From Candidatus Cryosericum sp. (GTDB taxonomy: Bacteria > Caldisericota > Caldisericia > Cryosericales > Cryosericaceae): DNA of 15,452 nt. A program made the position numbers and the translations under genes. Below are positions 1 through 7,884 of this stretch, one piece after another. Under the pieces are notes generated by a model. The model was not told the DNA's origin, did not search any database, and saw nothing but the letters and a program-made list of their open reading frames with translations. Numbering within the stretch: position 1 is the stretch's first letter; every line of letters starts with the position of its first letter. The stretch spans positions 1-15,452 of the forward strand of contig JBNAWM010000027.1 in the NCBI GenBank assembly GCA_049699855.1. Direction: 5' to 3'.

Positions 1-24
1 TCAGAGCGAACAACAGAGGCAACC

Positions 25-90
25 GTGGACCCAGACAGTAGATCGGAGCGACATACATTCCTGAACGCTGGACGGCGCACGGACAGTTGA
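25..90 (+). CDS. Putative MgtL-like leader peptide, 21 aa (MDPDSRSERHTFLNAGRRTDS)
   Basis: AGAGG at 15-19, GTG at 25 and TGA at 88-90. The N-terminal D-P-D resembles the acidic/proline start of enterobacterial MgtL (MEPDP/MDPEP), and it lies upstream of a terminator and mgtA. Caveat: the frame is open to the window edge, so this could be the tail of a longer upstream gene. Confidence 0.4.
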   Translation: MDPDSRSERHTFLNAGRRTDS

Positions 91-124
91 TTCGACTAAT
101 CCTTTCCTTGTGGTGATGCAAATC

Positions 125-160
125 GCCCCCTGCCACCCGATAGCGGCAGGGGGTTTGTTC
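125..160 (+). terminator. Intrinsic terminator/attenuator hairpin in mgtA leader
   Basis: CCCCCTGCC (126-134) pairs perfectly with GGCAGGGGG (145-153) around a 10-nt loop, followed by TTTGTTC. Confidence 0.65.
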
Positions 161-180
161 GTCTCCAGCGGGAGGCGTTC

Positions 181-372
181 ATGCACCACAAATTCTCCAA
201 CGACATAGCGCATGCCCTTCCTGCCACGGGCGACATCCTCTGGTGCGCGGCAATCCACAGATATTGCAGCTGCCGCACTGCCCGGCGACTCCCAATGCAC
301 CGCTTCCTGCACGCGCGGGACCATATTCCGTTGTGCACCTCCAGCACAAGGTTCGACTGGTTGACAGCCTGA
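181..372 (+). CDS. Small His/Cys-rich hypothetical ORF (63 aa) upstream of mgtA
   Basis: Strong SD GGGAGG (170-175) 5 nt before ATG 181. The peptide has 7 His and 4 Cys. No family recognised. Confidence 0.35.
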   Translation: MHHKFSNDIAHALPATGDILWCAAIHRYCSCRTARRLPMHRFLHARDHIPLCTSSTRFDWLTA

Positions 373-434
373 AGGGCTGAACCGGCTGAACGGGAGCTCC
401 CTTCTTCACCATTCCTTTTCTGGAGGTCACTACC

Positions 435-3062
435 ATGAGCTTTCCCTTTGTTCCAACCGTAACCGCAAAACGAAAGCGAACCGAGATCAGCAATCAGATC
501 TCCCGTCGCCTGGCGACGTTTGCCCGCATGGATCCCTCTGCCGTCATGGAGCAGCTTGGCACGAGTACGGCCGGACTCAGCGATGAGGAGGTCGAAGCAC
601 GCCTGGAACAGTATGGCCACAACGAGGTGGCACGCGAACAGCGCACGTCCCCGCTCAAGCGCCTGATCATCATTCTTTCCAACCCGCTGTCGGTCCTGCT
701 GATCATCCTGGCAATCATCACGGCTCTCACCGGCGGCGGCCCCGGCGTTTATGTCATCCTGCTCATGGTTGTCCTTGGCGCCGCCCTGAGATTCATCCAG
801 GAACAGCGTTCGGACATTGCCGCGCAGGAACTTCAGAAGATGGTCACGACGACAGCAACCGTCATGCAGGACGGAGGCAAGAAGGAAGTCGCCCTCAAGG
901 ACATTGTGCCCGGCGACCTGGTCTTCCTGTCCGCAGGAGACATGGTCCCGGCGGACGTGCGTCTGATCACCGCCAAGGATCTCTTCGTCAGCCAGGCAGC
1001 CCTCACCGGCGAGTCCATGCCTGCAGAGAAATCCGCCACCCTGGTGGATGTGTCCCAGACGGACGTGCTGAGCATGCAGAATCTGTGCTTCCTCGGAACG
1101 AACGTCGAAACCGGCTCCGCAACAGCAGTTGTGGTACAGACCGGCAAGGAGACCTATTTCGGAGCGCTTGCAAGCAGTATCGTCGGCCGCCGCGAGATGA
1201 CCAGCTTCGACAAGGGCGTCAACAACTTCACGTGGCTGATGATCAAACTGATGCTCGTCATGGCGCCTGCCGTTTTCCTCATCAACGGCCTGCTGCGCCA
1301 CAACTGGATGGAAGCGTTCCTGTTTGGTCTTGCCGTAGCAGTGGGGCTGACCCCCGAGATGCTCCCTATGATCGTCACCGTCAACTTGAGCAAAGGCGCC
1401 GTCGCCATGTCTCACAAGAAGGTCATCGTCAAGCGCCTGAATGCCATTCAGAACTTTGGAGCAATGGACATCCTCTGCACCGACAAGACGGGCACCATCA
1501 CGCAGGGGCACGTTCAGCTGGAGCGGTATGTCAATATCCGTGGCAACGAGGACGGGCACGTCCTCGACATGGGATTCCTCAACAGCTACTACCAAACCGG
1601 ACTGAAGAATCTCATGGACATTGCCATTCTGGCGCACGTCGACAAGGCACGCGAGCTCGTGGATGAAGCCAAGTACCGCAAAGTGGATGAGATTCCCTTC
1701 GACTTCTCACGCAAGCGCATGTCCGTTGTCGTGACCGATGGCAAGACAGATTTCCTCATCTGCAAGGGTGCCGTCGAAGAGGTTGTCGGGCTGAGCACCA
1801 TGGTTGCGCTTGAAGGTGGCAAACTACCCTTGGACGGTCCTCAGCGCGCAAACGCGCTCCAGCTTGTCAGTGACCTGAATGCACAGGGATTCCGCGTGCT
1901 GGCCATCGCTACTGCCAGCGCCGGGCATGGCGATGCTGACCGTGTCTATACCGTGAGCGACGAACGGGACCTGACCTTGCTGGGATTTCTTGCCTTCCTG
2001 GATCCGCCCAAGGCGACAGCGGCCGAGGCTATTGCCAAATTAGGCTCCAACCGAGTTGGTGTGAAGATTCTGACGGGCGACAGCGACCTCGTCACCGTCA
2101 ATGTCTGCCGTCAGGTTGGCATCCCTGAGCCACGCGTCCTGCTGGGGCCGGCCATCGAAGCCATGTCTGATGCCGATCTGGCAGGCGTGGTGGAGGACAC
2201 GGTAGTCTTCGCCCGGCTCTCGCCAAACCACAAGGAACGCATTATCCGGTCATTGCAGCAGCGCGGTCACGTGGTTGGCTTCCTTGGCGATGGCATCAAC
2301 GACGCCCCCGCGCTCCGCACTGCGGATGTCGGCATCTCTGTCGACTCAGCGGTCGATATTGCCAAGGAGTCGTCCGACATCATCCTGCTGGAGAACTCCC
2401 TGCTGGTGCTGGAAGAGGGCGTCATCGAGGGCCGCAAGGTGTTTGGCAACGTCATCAAGTACATCAAGATGGCTGCCAGCTCCAATTTCGGCAACATGTT
2501 CAGTGTCATTGGAGCCAGCGCCTTTCTCCCGTTTCTTCCCATGCTGCCTCTGCAGATCCTTACCAATAACCTGCTGTACGACCTCAGCCAGACCACCATC
2601 CCCACCGACGCAGTAGACGAAGAATGGCTGGCCCGGCCGAGGAAGTGGGAGATTGGCAATCTGCGCCGGTTCATTGTGTTCATCGGACCCATCAGCTCGA
2701 TCTTCGACTACGCGACGTTCTTCATCATGCTGTATCTCTTCAAATGCTGGACCAATCCGGCGCTGTTTCACACCGGCTGGTTTGTGGAGTCGCTGTTCAC
2801 CCAGACGCTCATCGTACACGTGATCCGCACCAACAAGATCCCGTTCATCCAGAGCATCGCCAGCAAGCCATTGCTGATCAGCTCTGTTGCCATTGTTGCG
2901 ACGGGTGTCCTGCTGACCGTCATCCAGCCCATCGCCCGGGTCCTGGGCTTCGTTGCTCTGCCGCCCCTCTATTGGCCACTCCTCCTGGGGATGCTGCTGA
3001 CCTATGTCGTCCTGACGCAGATCGTCAAGACCTGGTTCATTCACCGCTTCGGAGATGTCTAG
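435..3062 (+). CDS. mgtA: Magnesium-translocating P-type ATPase (P3B, MgtA/MgtB)
   Basis: SD GGAGGT at 422-427. Motifs TGES, GLTPEMLP (P3B signature), DKTGT (phospho-Asp), LNSYYQTGLKNLMD, PFDFSRKRMS, TGD, GDGINDAPAL, SSNFGNMFS and FHTGWFVES. 875 aa. Confidence 0.97.
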   Translation: MSFPFVPTVTAKRKRTEISNQISRRLATFARMDPSAVMEQLGTSTAGLSDEEVEARLEQYGHNEVAREQRTSPLKRLIIILSNPLSVLLIILAIITALTGGGPGVYVILLMVVLGAALRFIQEQRSDIAAQELQKMVTTTATVMQDGGKKEVALKDIVPGDLVFLSAGDMVPADVRLITAKDLFVSQAALTGESMPAEKSATLVDVSQTDVLSMQNLCFLGTNVETGSATAVVVQTGKETYFGALASSIVGRREMTSFDKGVNNFTWLMIKLMLVMAPAVFLINGLLRHNWMEAFLFGLAVAVGLTPEMLPMIVTVNLSKGAVAMSHKKVIVKRLNAIQNFGAMDILCTDKTGTITQGHVQLERYVNIRGNEDGHVLDMGFLNSYYQTGLKNLMDIAILAHVDKARELVDEAKYRKVDEIPFDFSRKRMSVVVTDGKTDFLICKGAVEEVVGLSTMVALEGGKLPLDGPQRANALQLVSDLNAQGFRVLAIATASAGHGDADRVYTVSDERDLTLLGFLAFLDPPKATAAEAIAKLGSNRVGVKILTGDSDLVTVNVCRQVGIPEPRVLLGPAIEAMSDADLAGVVEDTVVFARLSPNHKERIIRSLQQRGHVVGFLGDGINDAPALRTADVGISVDSAVDIAKESSDIILLENSLLVLEEGVIEGRKVFGNVIKYIKMAASSNFGNMFSVIGASAFLPFLPMLPLQILTNNLLYDLSQTTIPTDAVDEEWLARPRKWEIGNLRRFIVFIGPISSIFDYATFFIMLYLFKCWTNPALFHTGWFVESLFTQTLIVHVIRTNKIPFIQSIASKPLLISSVAIVATGVLLTVIQPIARVLGFVALPPLYWPLLLGMLLTYVVLTQIVKTWFIHRFGDV

Positions 3063-3087
3063 CAAATAGCGGAGTCTCCTCCTGGTA

Positions 3088-3151
3088 CCCCCTAACCCGC
3101 CGTACGGAAGATCCCGGGTTAGGGGGATTGTTTATCTCTTTCTCTCTTTTT
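3088..3151 (+). terminator. Intrinsic terminator after mgtA
   Basis: Perfect 12-bp stem CCCCCTAACCCG (3088-3099) / CGGGTTAGGGGG (3115-3126), followed by ATTGTTT and a long pyrimidine/T-rich tract. Confidence 0.8.
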
Positions 3152-3186
3152 GCTGTATATTCTGTTATTGTTCTAGATTCAGGAGG
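3128..3186 (+). promoter_or_regulatory. AT-rich promoter-like region and RBS of the DUF819-SPL-AOR operon
   Basis: Candidate -10 elements TATATT (3156-3161) or TG-t-TATTGT (3163-3171), then AGGAGG at 3181-3186. No clear -35. Confidence 0.4.
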
Positions 3187-3193
3187 CTGTTGG

Positions 3194-4348
3194 ATGCTGA
3201 TGATATACTGCGCTTTCGCCGTATTGGTTCCTGCCCTCTTCATATATCTTGCTTATCGGTTTGCTCCCTTGCGAGCAATTGGCACAGTAGTGCTGTGCTA
3301 TCTCGCAGGAATGGTCATCGGCAATATTGGGCTCTTTCCCAAAAGCATCGCACCTTTACAGTCTACTTTATCAAATGTCACGGTAGCACTCGCGCTGCCG
3401 CTTCTCCTGTTTTCTATCGATGTGAAGAAGTGGTTCAGAGTTGCCGGAAAGGGTATGCTGGCCATGCTGTTAGCCATCATCGCAATTGTGACTGTTGCCT
3501 TCGCAGCTTACCTTGCTATCCACAGAACAGACGCAGCTGCCTGGCAATTGGCCGGCATGGCCATGGGGATGTACACTGGTGGAACACCCAATATGGCTGC
3601 CATCAAGTCAGCCCTGGGTGTGCCTAGCTCCGTGTATATTCTCTTCCTTACCTATGATACGATCGTCTCCCTTGTCTACATCTTGTTCATGTCCACAATT
3701 GCACGCCCCCTCTTCGGTCTCTATTTGAAGCCCTATGAACCCCCCGTCTCCGACAACGCAGTTGGCACAGCAGGAGATGAGGACGAGTCAATTGAAGCAT
3801 ATTCGGGCATGTTCGGCAAGGCCACACTGCGCGGCCTCGGTCTGGCTTTTTTGGTGAGTGCAGCCATCGTGGGAGCCTCCATTTTCTTGGGGGGGCTGGT
3901 GCCCGGATCGGCCTCTACAGCAGTGACGATCCTCTCAATCACTACCCTTGGCATTTGCGCCTCCTTTGTGCCAGCCATTCGCAGACTTCGAAAGACGTTC
4001 CAGGCTGGCATGTACATCATTTATGTCTTTTGCTTCGTCGTAGCCTCTATGACCAGCTTGGATAGTCTTGTTCATATTGACCTCCACATCCTGACATTCG
4101 TGACCGTGTGTATATTTGGCACCGTTCTGCTCCACTCCCTCCTCTGCCGTCTGTTCAGAATTGATGTTGATACTTTTATCATAACATCTGTTTCTGCTGT
4201 CTGCTCACCGCCTTTTGTACCTGCAGTCGCTGCTGCGCTCAAGAACAAATCGATCATCATATCAGGGCTGACGACAGGCATCGCAGGGTATGCCATTGGA
4301 AACTACCTGGGCATTACCTTTGCCTATCTGTTCAAGAGCATTCCATGA
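3194..4348 (+). CDS. DUF819-family integral membrane protein (putative transporter), 384 aa
   Basis: AGGAGG 7 nt before ATG 3194, so the true start is internal to track ORF 2624..4348. Roughly 10-12 hydrophobic segments. Motifs YTGGTPNMAAI and C-terminal G(I)AGYAIGNYLG are typical of DUF819. Confidence 0.8.
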   Translation: MLMIYCAFAVLVPALFIYLAYRFAPLRAIGTVVLCYLAGMVIGNIGLFPKSIAPLQSTLSNVTVALALPLLLFSIDVKKWFRVAGKGMLAMLLAIIAIVTVAFAAYLAIHRTDAAAWQLAGMAMGMYTGGTPNMAAIKSALGVPSSVYILFLTYDTIVSLVYILFMSTIARPLFGLYLKPYEPPVSDNAVGTAGDEDESIEAYSGMFGKATLRGLGLAFLVSAAIVGASIFLGGLVPGSASTAVTILSITTLGICASFVPAIRRLRKTFQAGMYIIYVFCFVVASMTSLDSLVHIDLHILTFVTVCIFGTVLLHSLLCRLFRIDVDTFIITSVSAVCSPPFVPAVAAALKNKSIIISGLTTGIAGYAIGNYLGITFAYLFKSIP

Positions 4349-4359
4349 GAGGAGATGAC

Positions 4360-5835
4360 ATGACAAACGGTCTGCCAGCAACCGGAAGATCTCGCGCCGA
4401 GGTTCTTGCTGATCTCGAAAGCTTCAGCAAAGACGATCCGCAATATAAGGAAGCCAGGACATGGAGTCTCGTTTACTATCTGGATGAGGACTACAATCAG
4501 TTTCTCCAGCAGGCATATGGCAAGTACTTCTCGGCAAATGGTCTCAATCCTGCTGCCTTCAAGAGCTTGAAGCGTCTCGAGCGTGAAGTTTTACAGGCAA
4601 CATCCGAGCTTCTGCATGGTGACAACCAAGTCTGTGGCGTCATGACCTCTGGCGGAACAGAAAGCTGTCTGCTGGCAGTAAAGACATATCGTGACCGTGG
4701 TCGTGCCCGCGGCATTCGCAAGCCGGAGATGGTAATTCCTGAGACGGCACACGTTGCCTGGGAAAAGGCCAGCGAATACTTCGGCGTCAAGATAAGGCGA
4801 GCTTCCCTTGCAAAGAGCATGGGAGTTGATCCCGCGTCTGTGAAACAGCTGATAAACCACAACACAGTCATGGTCCTGGGCTCCGCTCCAGAATATCCAC
4901 ATGGTATCATCGATCCCATTGAGGAGCTGGGCCGCCTGGCACAAGAACGAGGCGTTCCTCTTCATGTGGATGCCTGTGTTGGCGGCTACTTGTTGCCGTT
5001 TCTAGAACGGCTCGGCATTCCCTTGCCGCTCTGGGACTTTCGCGTGCCAGGTGTGACATCCATTTCAGCAGACATTCACAAATATGGTTTTGCTGCCAAA
5101 GGCGCTTCCAGCATCCTGTATCGAAACCTGGATTACTTCAAGTACCAGGTATTCGTCTACGAGAACTGGCCGGGCGGGATTTTTGCGTCACCCGCTTTGC
5201 TGGGAACTCGTCCTGGCGGCGCCTACGCCGCAGCATGGGCGGCTTTACAGGCAAATGGGGAGGAAGGCTACCTTGAGCTTGCCAGAAGAACAATGAATGC
5301 AACTGGCAGATTGCTCGAGGGCATTAAAGCTATTCCCGGTCTTGAGATTGTCGGCGATCCCCACACCAGTCTGTTCGCATATCGCTCATCAGACCCAACC
5401 GTGAACATTTTCGCCGTTGGCGATCAGATGGAGAAGAGGGGATGGTTGATCGACCGCCTCCAGAGGCCAGACGCCCTGCACGCCATGGTGACCGCTTCTC
5501 ATGACGCAGTTGTGGACACTTATCTTGCCGACCTGGCCGCGGCCGTTGCCGAGGTACGAGCTCACCCTGAGCTGGGCGAAACCGGCCAGGCTGCCACGTA
5601 TGGAATGATTTCTCACATTCCACTGCGGGGAATGGTGCGCAAGCAGGTACTTGATATGTTCGCGGCCACCTATTGTCTCTCTGGTGGAGAGGTTGATCTG
5701 TCAGACTCCGCATCCCTGACTGGCGCAACTTCCGAAAATGCAGGAGAGACCGGCAGCAAGCCCGGTCTGGTCGCGCGGCTCATCAACTGGTATGTCAAAC
5801 GACAACAAGCGCGCGAAACCTCGTCCAAGAAATGA
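4360..5835 (+). CDS. Sphingosine-1-phosphate-lyase-like PLP enzyme (group II PLP decarboxylase fold)
   Basis: SD GAGGAG 4349-4354 before ATG 4360; an in-frame ATG at 4345 overlaps the upstream stop. Motifs TSGGTES..LAVKTYRD, AHVAWEKA, GSAPEYPHGIIDPI, HVDACVGG, DFRVPGVTSISADIHKYG (PLP lysine), WPGGIFASP..GTRPGG and C-terminal YGM closely parallel S1P lyases. Confidence 0.85.
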   Translation: MTNGLPATGRSRAEVLADLESFSKDDPQYKEARTWSLVYYLDEDYNQFLQQAYGKYFSANGLNPAAFKSLKRLEREVLQATSELLHGDNQVCGVMTSGGTESCLLAVKTYRDRGRARGIRKPEMVIPETAHVAWEKASEYFGVKIRRASLAKSMGVDPASVKQLINHNTVMVLGSAPEYPHGIIDPIEELGRLAQERGVPLHVDACVGGYLLPFLERLGIPLPLWDFRVPGVTSISADIHKYGFAAKGASSILYRNLDYFKYQVFVYENWPGGIFASPALLGTRPGGAYAAAWAALQANGEEGYLELARRTMNATGRLLEGIKAIPGLEIVGDPHTSLFAYRSSDPTVNIFAVGDQMEKRGWLIDRLQRPDALHAMVTASHDAVVDTYLADLAAAVAEVRAHPELGETGQAATYGMISHIPLRGMVRKQVLDMFAATYCLSGGEVDLSDSASLTGATSENAGETGSKPGLVARLINWYVKRQQARETSSKK

Positions 5836-5889
5836 AAGAAGAGAGAAACTTATGACGGTGACGATGCTGATTGTCTGCGGGCGGATATC

Positions 5890-7872
5890 ATGAAGCCATA
5901 CCGAGGACGCATTTTGTGGGTCGACCTCACGACAGGCACGTTTGCTGTCGAAAAGGTTCCGGATGAGGTCTACCGCACGTATCTAAGCGGGCTTGGGCTT
6001 GCTGCATGGGTGCTGTATCGAGCCATCCCGGCAGGGGCGGAGCCCCTTGGTCCCGACAACGTCCTTGGCTTCGTTTCGGGGCTTCTGACCGGTTCGGGGA
6101 GTTTGTTTACCGGCCGTTGGATGGCCGCGGCCAAGTCACCACTTACCGGGACCTGGGGGGATGCCAATTGCGGTGGTACCCTGTCGCCGGCCATCAAGCA
6201 GTGTGGTTACGATGGCATCTTTGTCACCGGCATGAGCGACCATCCCGTGTACCTGTACATCGACAATCATGGCCCGGAGCTGCGCGATGCGACGGATCTC
6301 TGGGGTCATGACACCATTGAAACGGAGTCCATCCTGAAACAGCGGACAGGCGGAAACCATACGCCGGCGGTCGCCTGTATCGGCCCTGCCGGCGAACGGC
6401 TGTCGCTGATCGCAGGCATCAGCAATGATGGCGGCCGCATGGCTGCCCGCTCCGGACTGGGTGCGGTCATGGGATCCAAGAAACTCAAGGCCATCGTGCT
6501 GGCAGGCTCGCGGCCCATGGGCAGCGAGAATCCCGGAGAAATGATGCGCCTCAGCCGTCCCTGTGCCTCTGCTGCAACGCATGGTATTCCTCTGCCGTCA
6601 GGCCGCGTTATGCCACTGCTGGGGGCCCTCCTGCGCCATCTGCCCATCACCATGCGCATGGATGGTCATCTGTCCATCCCCATCTTTCGCAAGTGGGGTA
6701 CCTGCGGCATGGACCAGGCATCGGTCGAATGGGGGGACACACCTGTACGCAACTGGTCTGGCAGTGAACGGGACTATCCCGTACGACTTTCTTCAGCCAT
6801 CAACCCTGACCGTGTCCTGACGTATGAACAGCGCAAATACCATTGCTACTCCTGTCCCCTTGGCTGTGGCGGAACCTGCACTTGGCAGGGCAGGGAAACC
6901 CATCGGCCCGAATACGAGACGATCGGAGCCTTCAGCGCCCTGCTCATGTGCAACGACCTGGCAGCCATCTATGCCGTCAATGATCAGCTGAACCGGGCCG
7001 GTATGGATACCATCTCCGCCGGGGGTACCATCGCCTGGGCCATGGAAGCATGGGAAAAGGGGATCCTCACGTCTGCCGACACAGACGGCTTCGCACTGCG
7101 CTGGGGCGATCCCGCCGCTGTCCGGCATCTCGTTGACCTCATGATTGCCCGCCAGGGCATTGGAGTGTTGCTGGCAGATGGTTCCCTGCGCGCGGCACGC
7201 CACTTCGGCCATGACTCGGAATCGTTTGCAATTCAGGCGGGCGGTCAGGAGATCGCCATGCACGACCCGCGCCTGGACCCCGGATATGCGCTCCATTCCA
7301 GCGTTGAGCCGACCCCAGGACGCCACACGACGGGTGCGCAGACCTACTATGACATGTATCGTCTCTGGACCCGCGTCCCTGGATTACCAAAGCCCCGCCT
7401 GCTCTCCACCAAGGCTTCCAAGTACCGCGCTGACCGTACCCAGACCGCGATAGGAGTCGCCAACAGTTGTTTCACCCAGCTCTTCAACGGAGCCGGGCTG
7501 TGCATGTTCGGTGCCATGATGGGGGTAGATCACCTCCCTGTGTTCGAGTGGTTGAATGCCGCCACCGGCTGGACAATGACGCCAGAGGAGTATATGACCA
7601 TCGGCAGGCGAATCCAGACCCTGCGCCAGCTGTTCAACGTGCGCGAAGGCATCGATCCACGCTCGCTGGCCATCAGTCCGCGGGCAACGGGACACCCTCC
7701 TCTCACACAGGGTGCCAATCGAGGAAGAACTGTACCGATCGATGCATTGATGCGCAACTACTGGCAGCAGATGGGATGGGACCCGGCAACCGGCATTCCC
7801 ACTGTGGCAACACTTCAGGAACTGGGCATCGAGCATCCTGCCGCCGGCAGCACCAATTCGTCATCGACGTAA
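5890..7872 (+). CDS. Aldehyde:ferredoxin oxidoreductase family protein (W/Mo-bis-pterin)
   Basis: N-terminal YRGRILWVDLT, KSPLTG..GDANCGG, CIGPAGE, AARSGLGAVMGSKKLKAI, CYSCPLGC plus distal GLC ([4Fe-4S] ligands), PEYET, GMDTIS and HDPR. 660 aa. Confidence 0.93.
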   Translation: MKPYRGRILWVDLTTGTFAVEKVPDEVYRTYLSGLGLAAWVLYRAIPAGAEPLGPDNVLGFVSGLLTGSGSLFTGRWMAAAKSPLTGTWGDANCGGTLSPAIKQCGYDGIFVTGMSDHPVYLYIDNHGPELRDATDLWGHDTIETESILKQRTGGNHTPAVACIGPAGERLSLIAGISNDGGRMAARSGLGAVMGSKKLKAIVLAGSRPMGSENPGEMMRLSRPCASAATHGIPLPSGRVMPLLGALLRHLPITMRMDGHLSIPIFRKWGTCGMDQASVEWGDTPVRNWSGSERDYPVRLSSAINPDRVLTYEQRKYHCYSCPLGCGGTCTWQGRETHRPEYETIGAFSALLMCNDLAAIYAVNDQLNRAGMDTISAGGTIAWAMEAWEKGILTSADTDGFALRWGDPAAVRHLVDLMIARQGIGVLLADGSLRAARHFGHDSESFAIQAGGQEIAMHDPRLDPGYALHSSVEPTPGRHTTGAQTYYDMYRLWTRVPGLPKPRLLSTKASKYRADRTQTAIGVANSCFTQLFNGAGLCMFGAMMGVDHLPVFEWLNAATGWTMTPEEYMTIGRRIQTLRQLFNVREGIDPRSLAISPRATGHPPLTQGANRGRTVPIDALMRNYWQQMGWDPATGIPTVATLQELGIEHPAAGSTNSSST

Positions 7873-7884
7873 AGGAGACGGCAT

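Noticed and set aside
1..430. M-box (ykoK) or yybP-ykoY riboswitch upstream of mgtA
   Set aside because: The conserved cores I recall (e.g. AGGTGAGGCT...TGCTGCCC...GCTAAAGCTC) are not recognisable. An Rfam scan including upstream sequence would be needed.
96..1637. 513-aa minus-strand ORF (also 2346..3065)
   Set aside because: Antisense shadow of mgtA caused by GC codon bias, with no motifs of its own.
126..3126. Similar CCCCCT...AGGGGG hairpin arms flanking mgtA as possible mobile-element ends or REP repeats
   Set aside because: Only 6 nt are shared, the inner sequences differ, and there is no transposase or target duplication. They are best explained as two independent terminators.
2624..3193. 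N-terminal 190-aa extension of the DUF819 ORF in the track
   Set aside because: It overlaps mgtA out of frame and crosses the terminator. The strong SD at 3181 supports a start at 3194.
4360..5835. Calling the PLP enzyme a glutamate/tyrosine decarboxylase (gadB/mfnA)
   Set aside because: The WPGG..ASP..GTRPGG, PxYPHG and C-terminal YGM motifs fit the S1P-lyase branch better, so no symbol was assigned.
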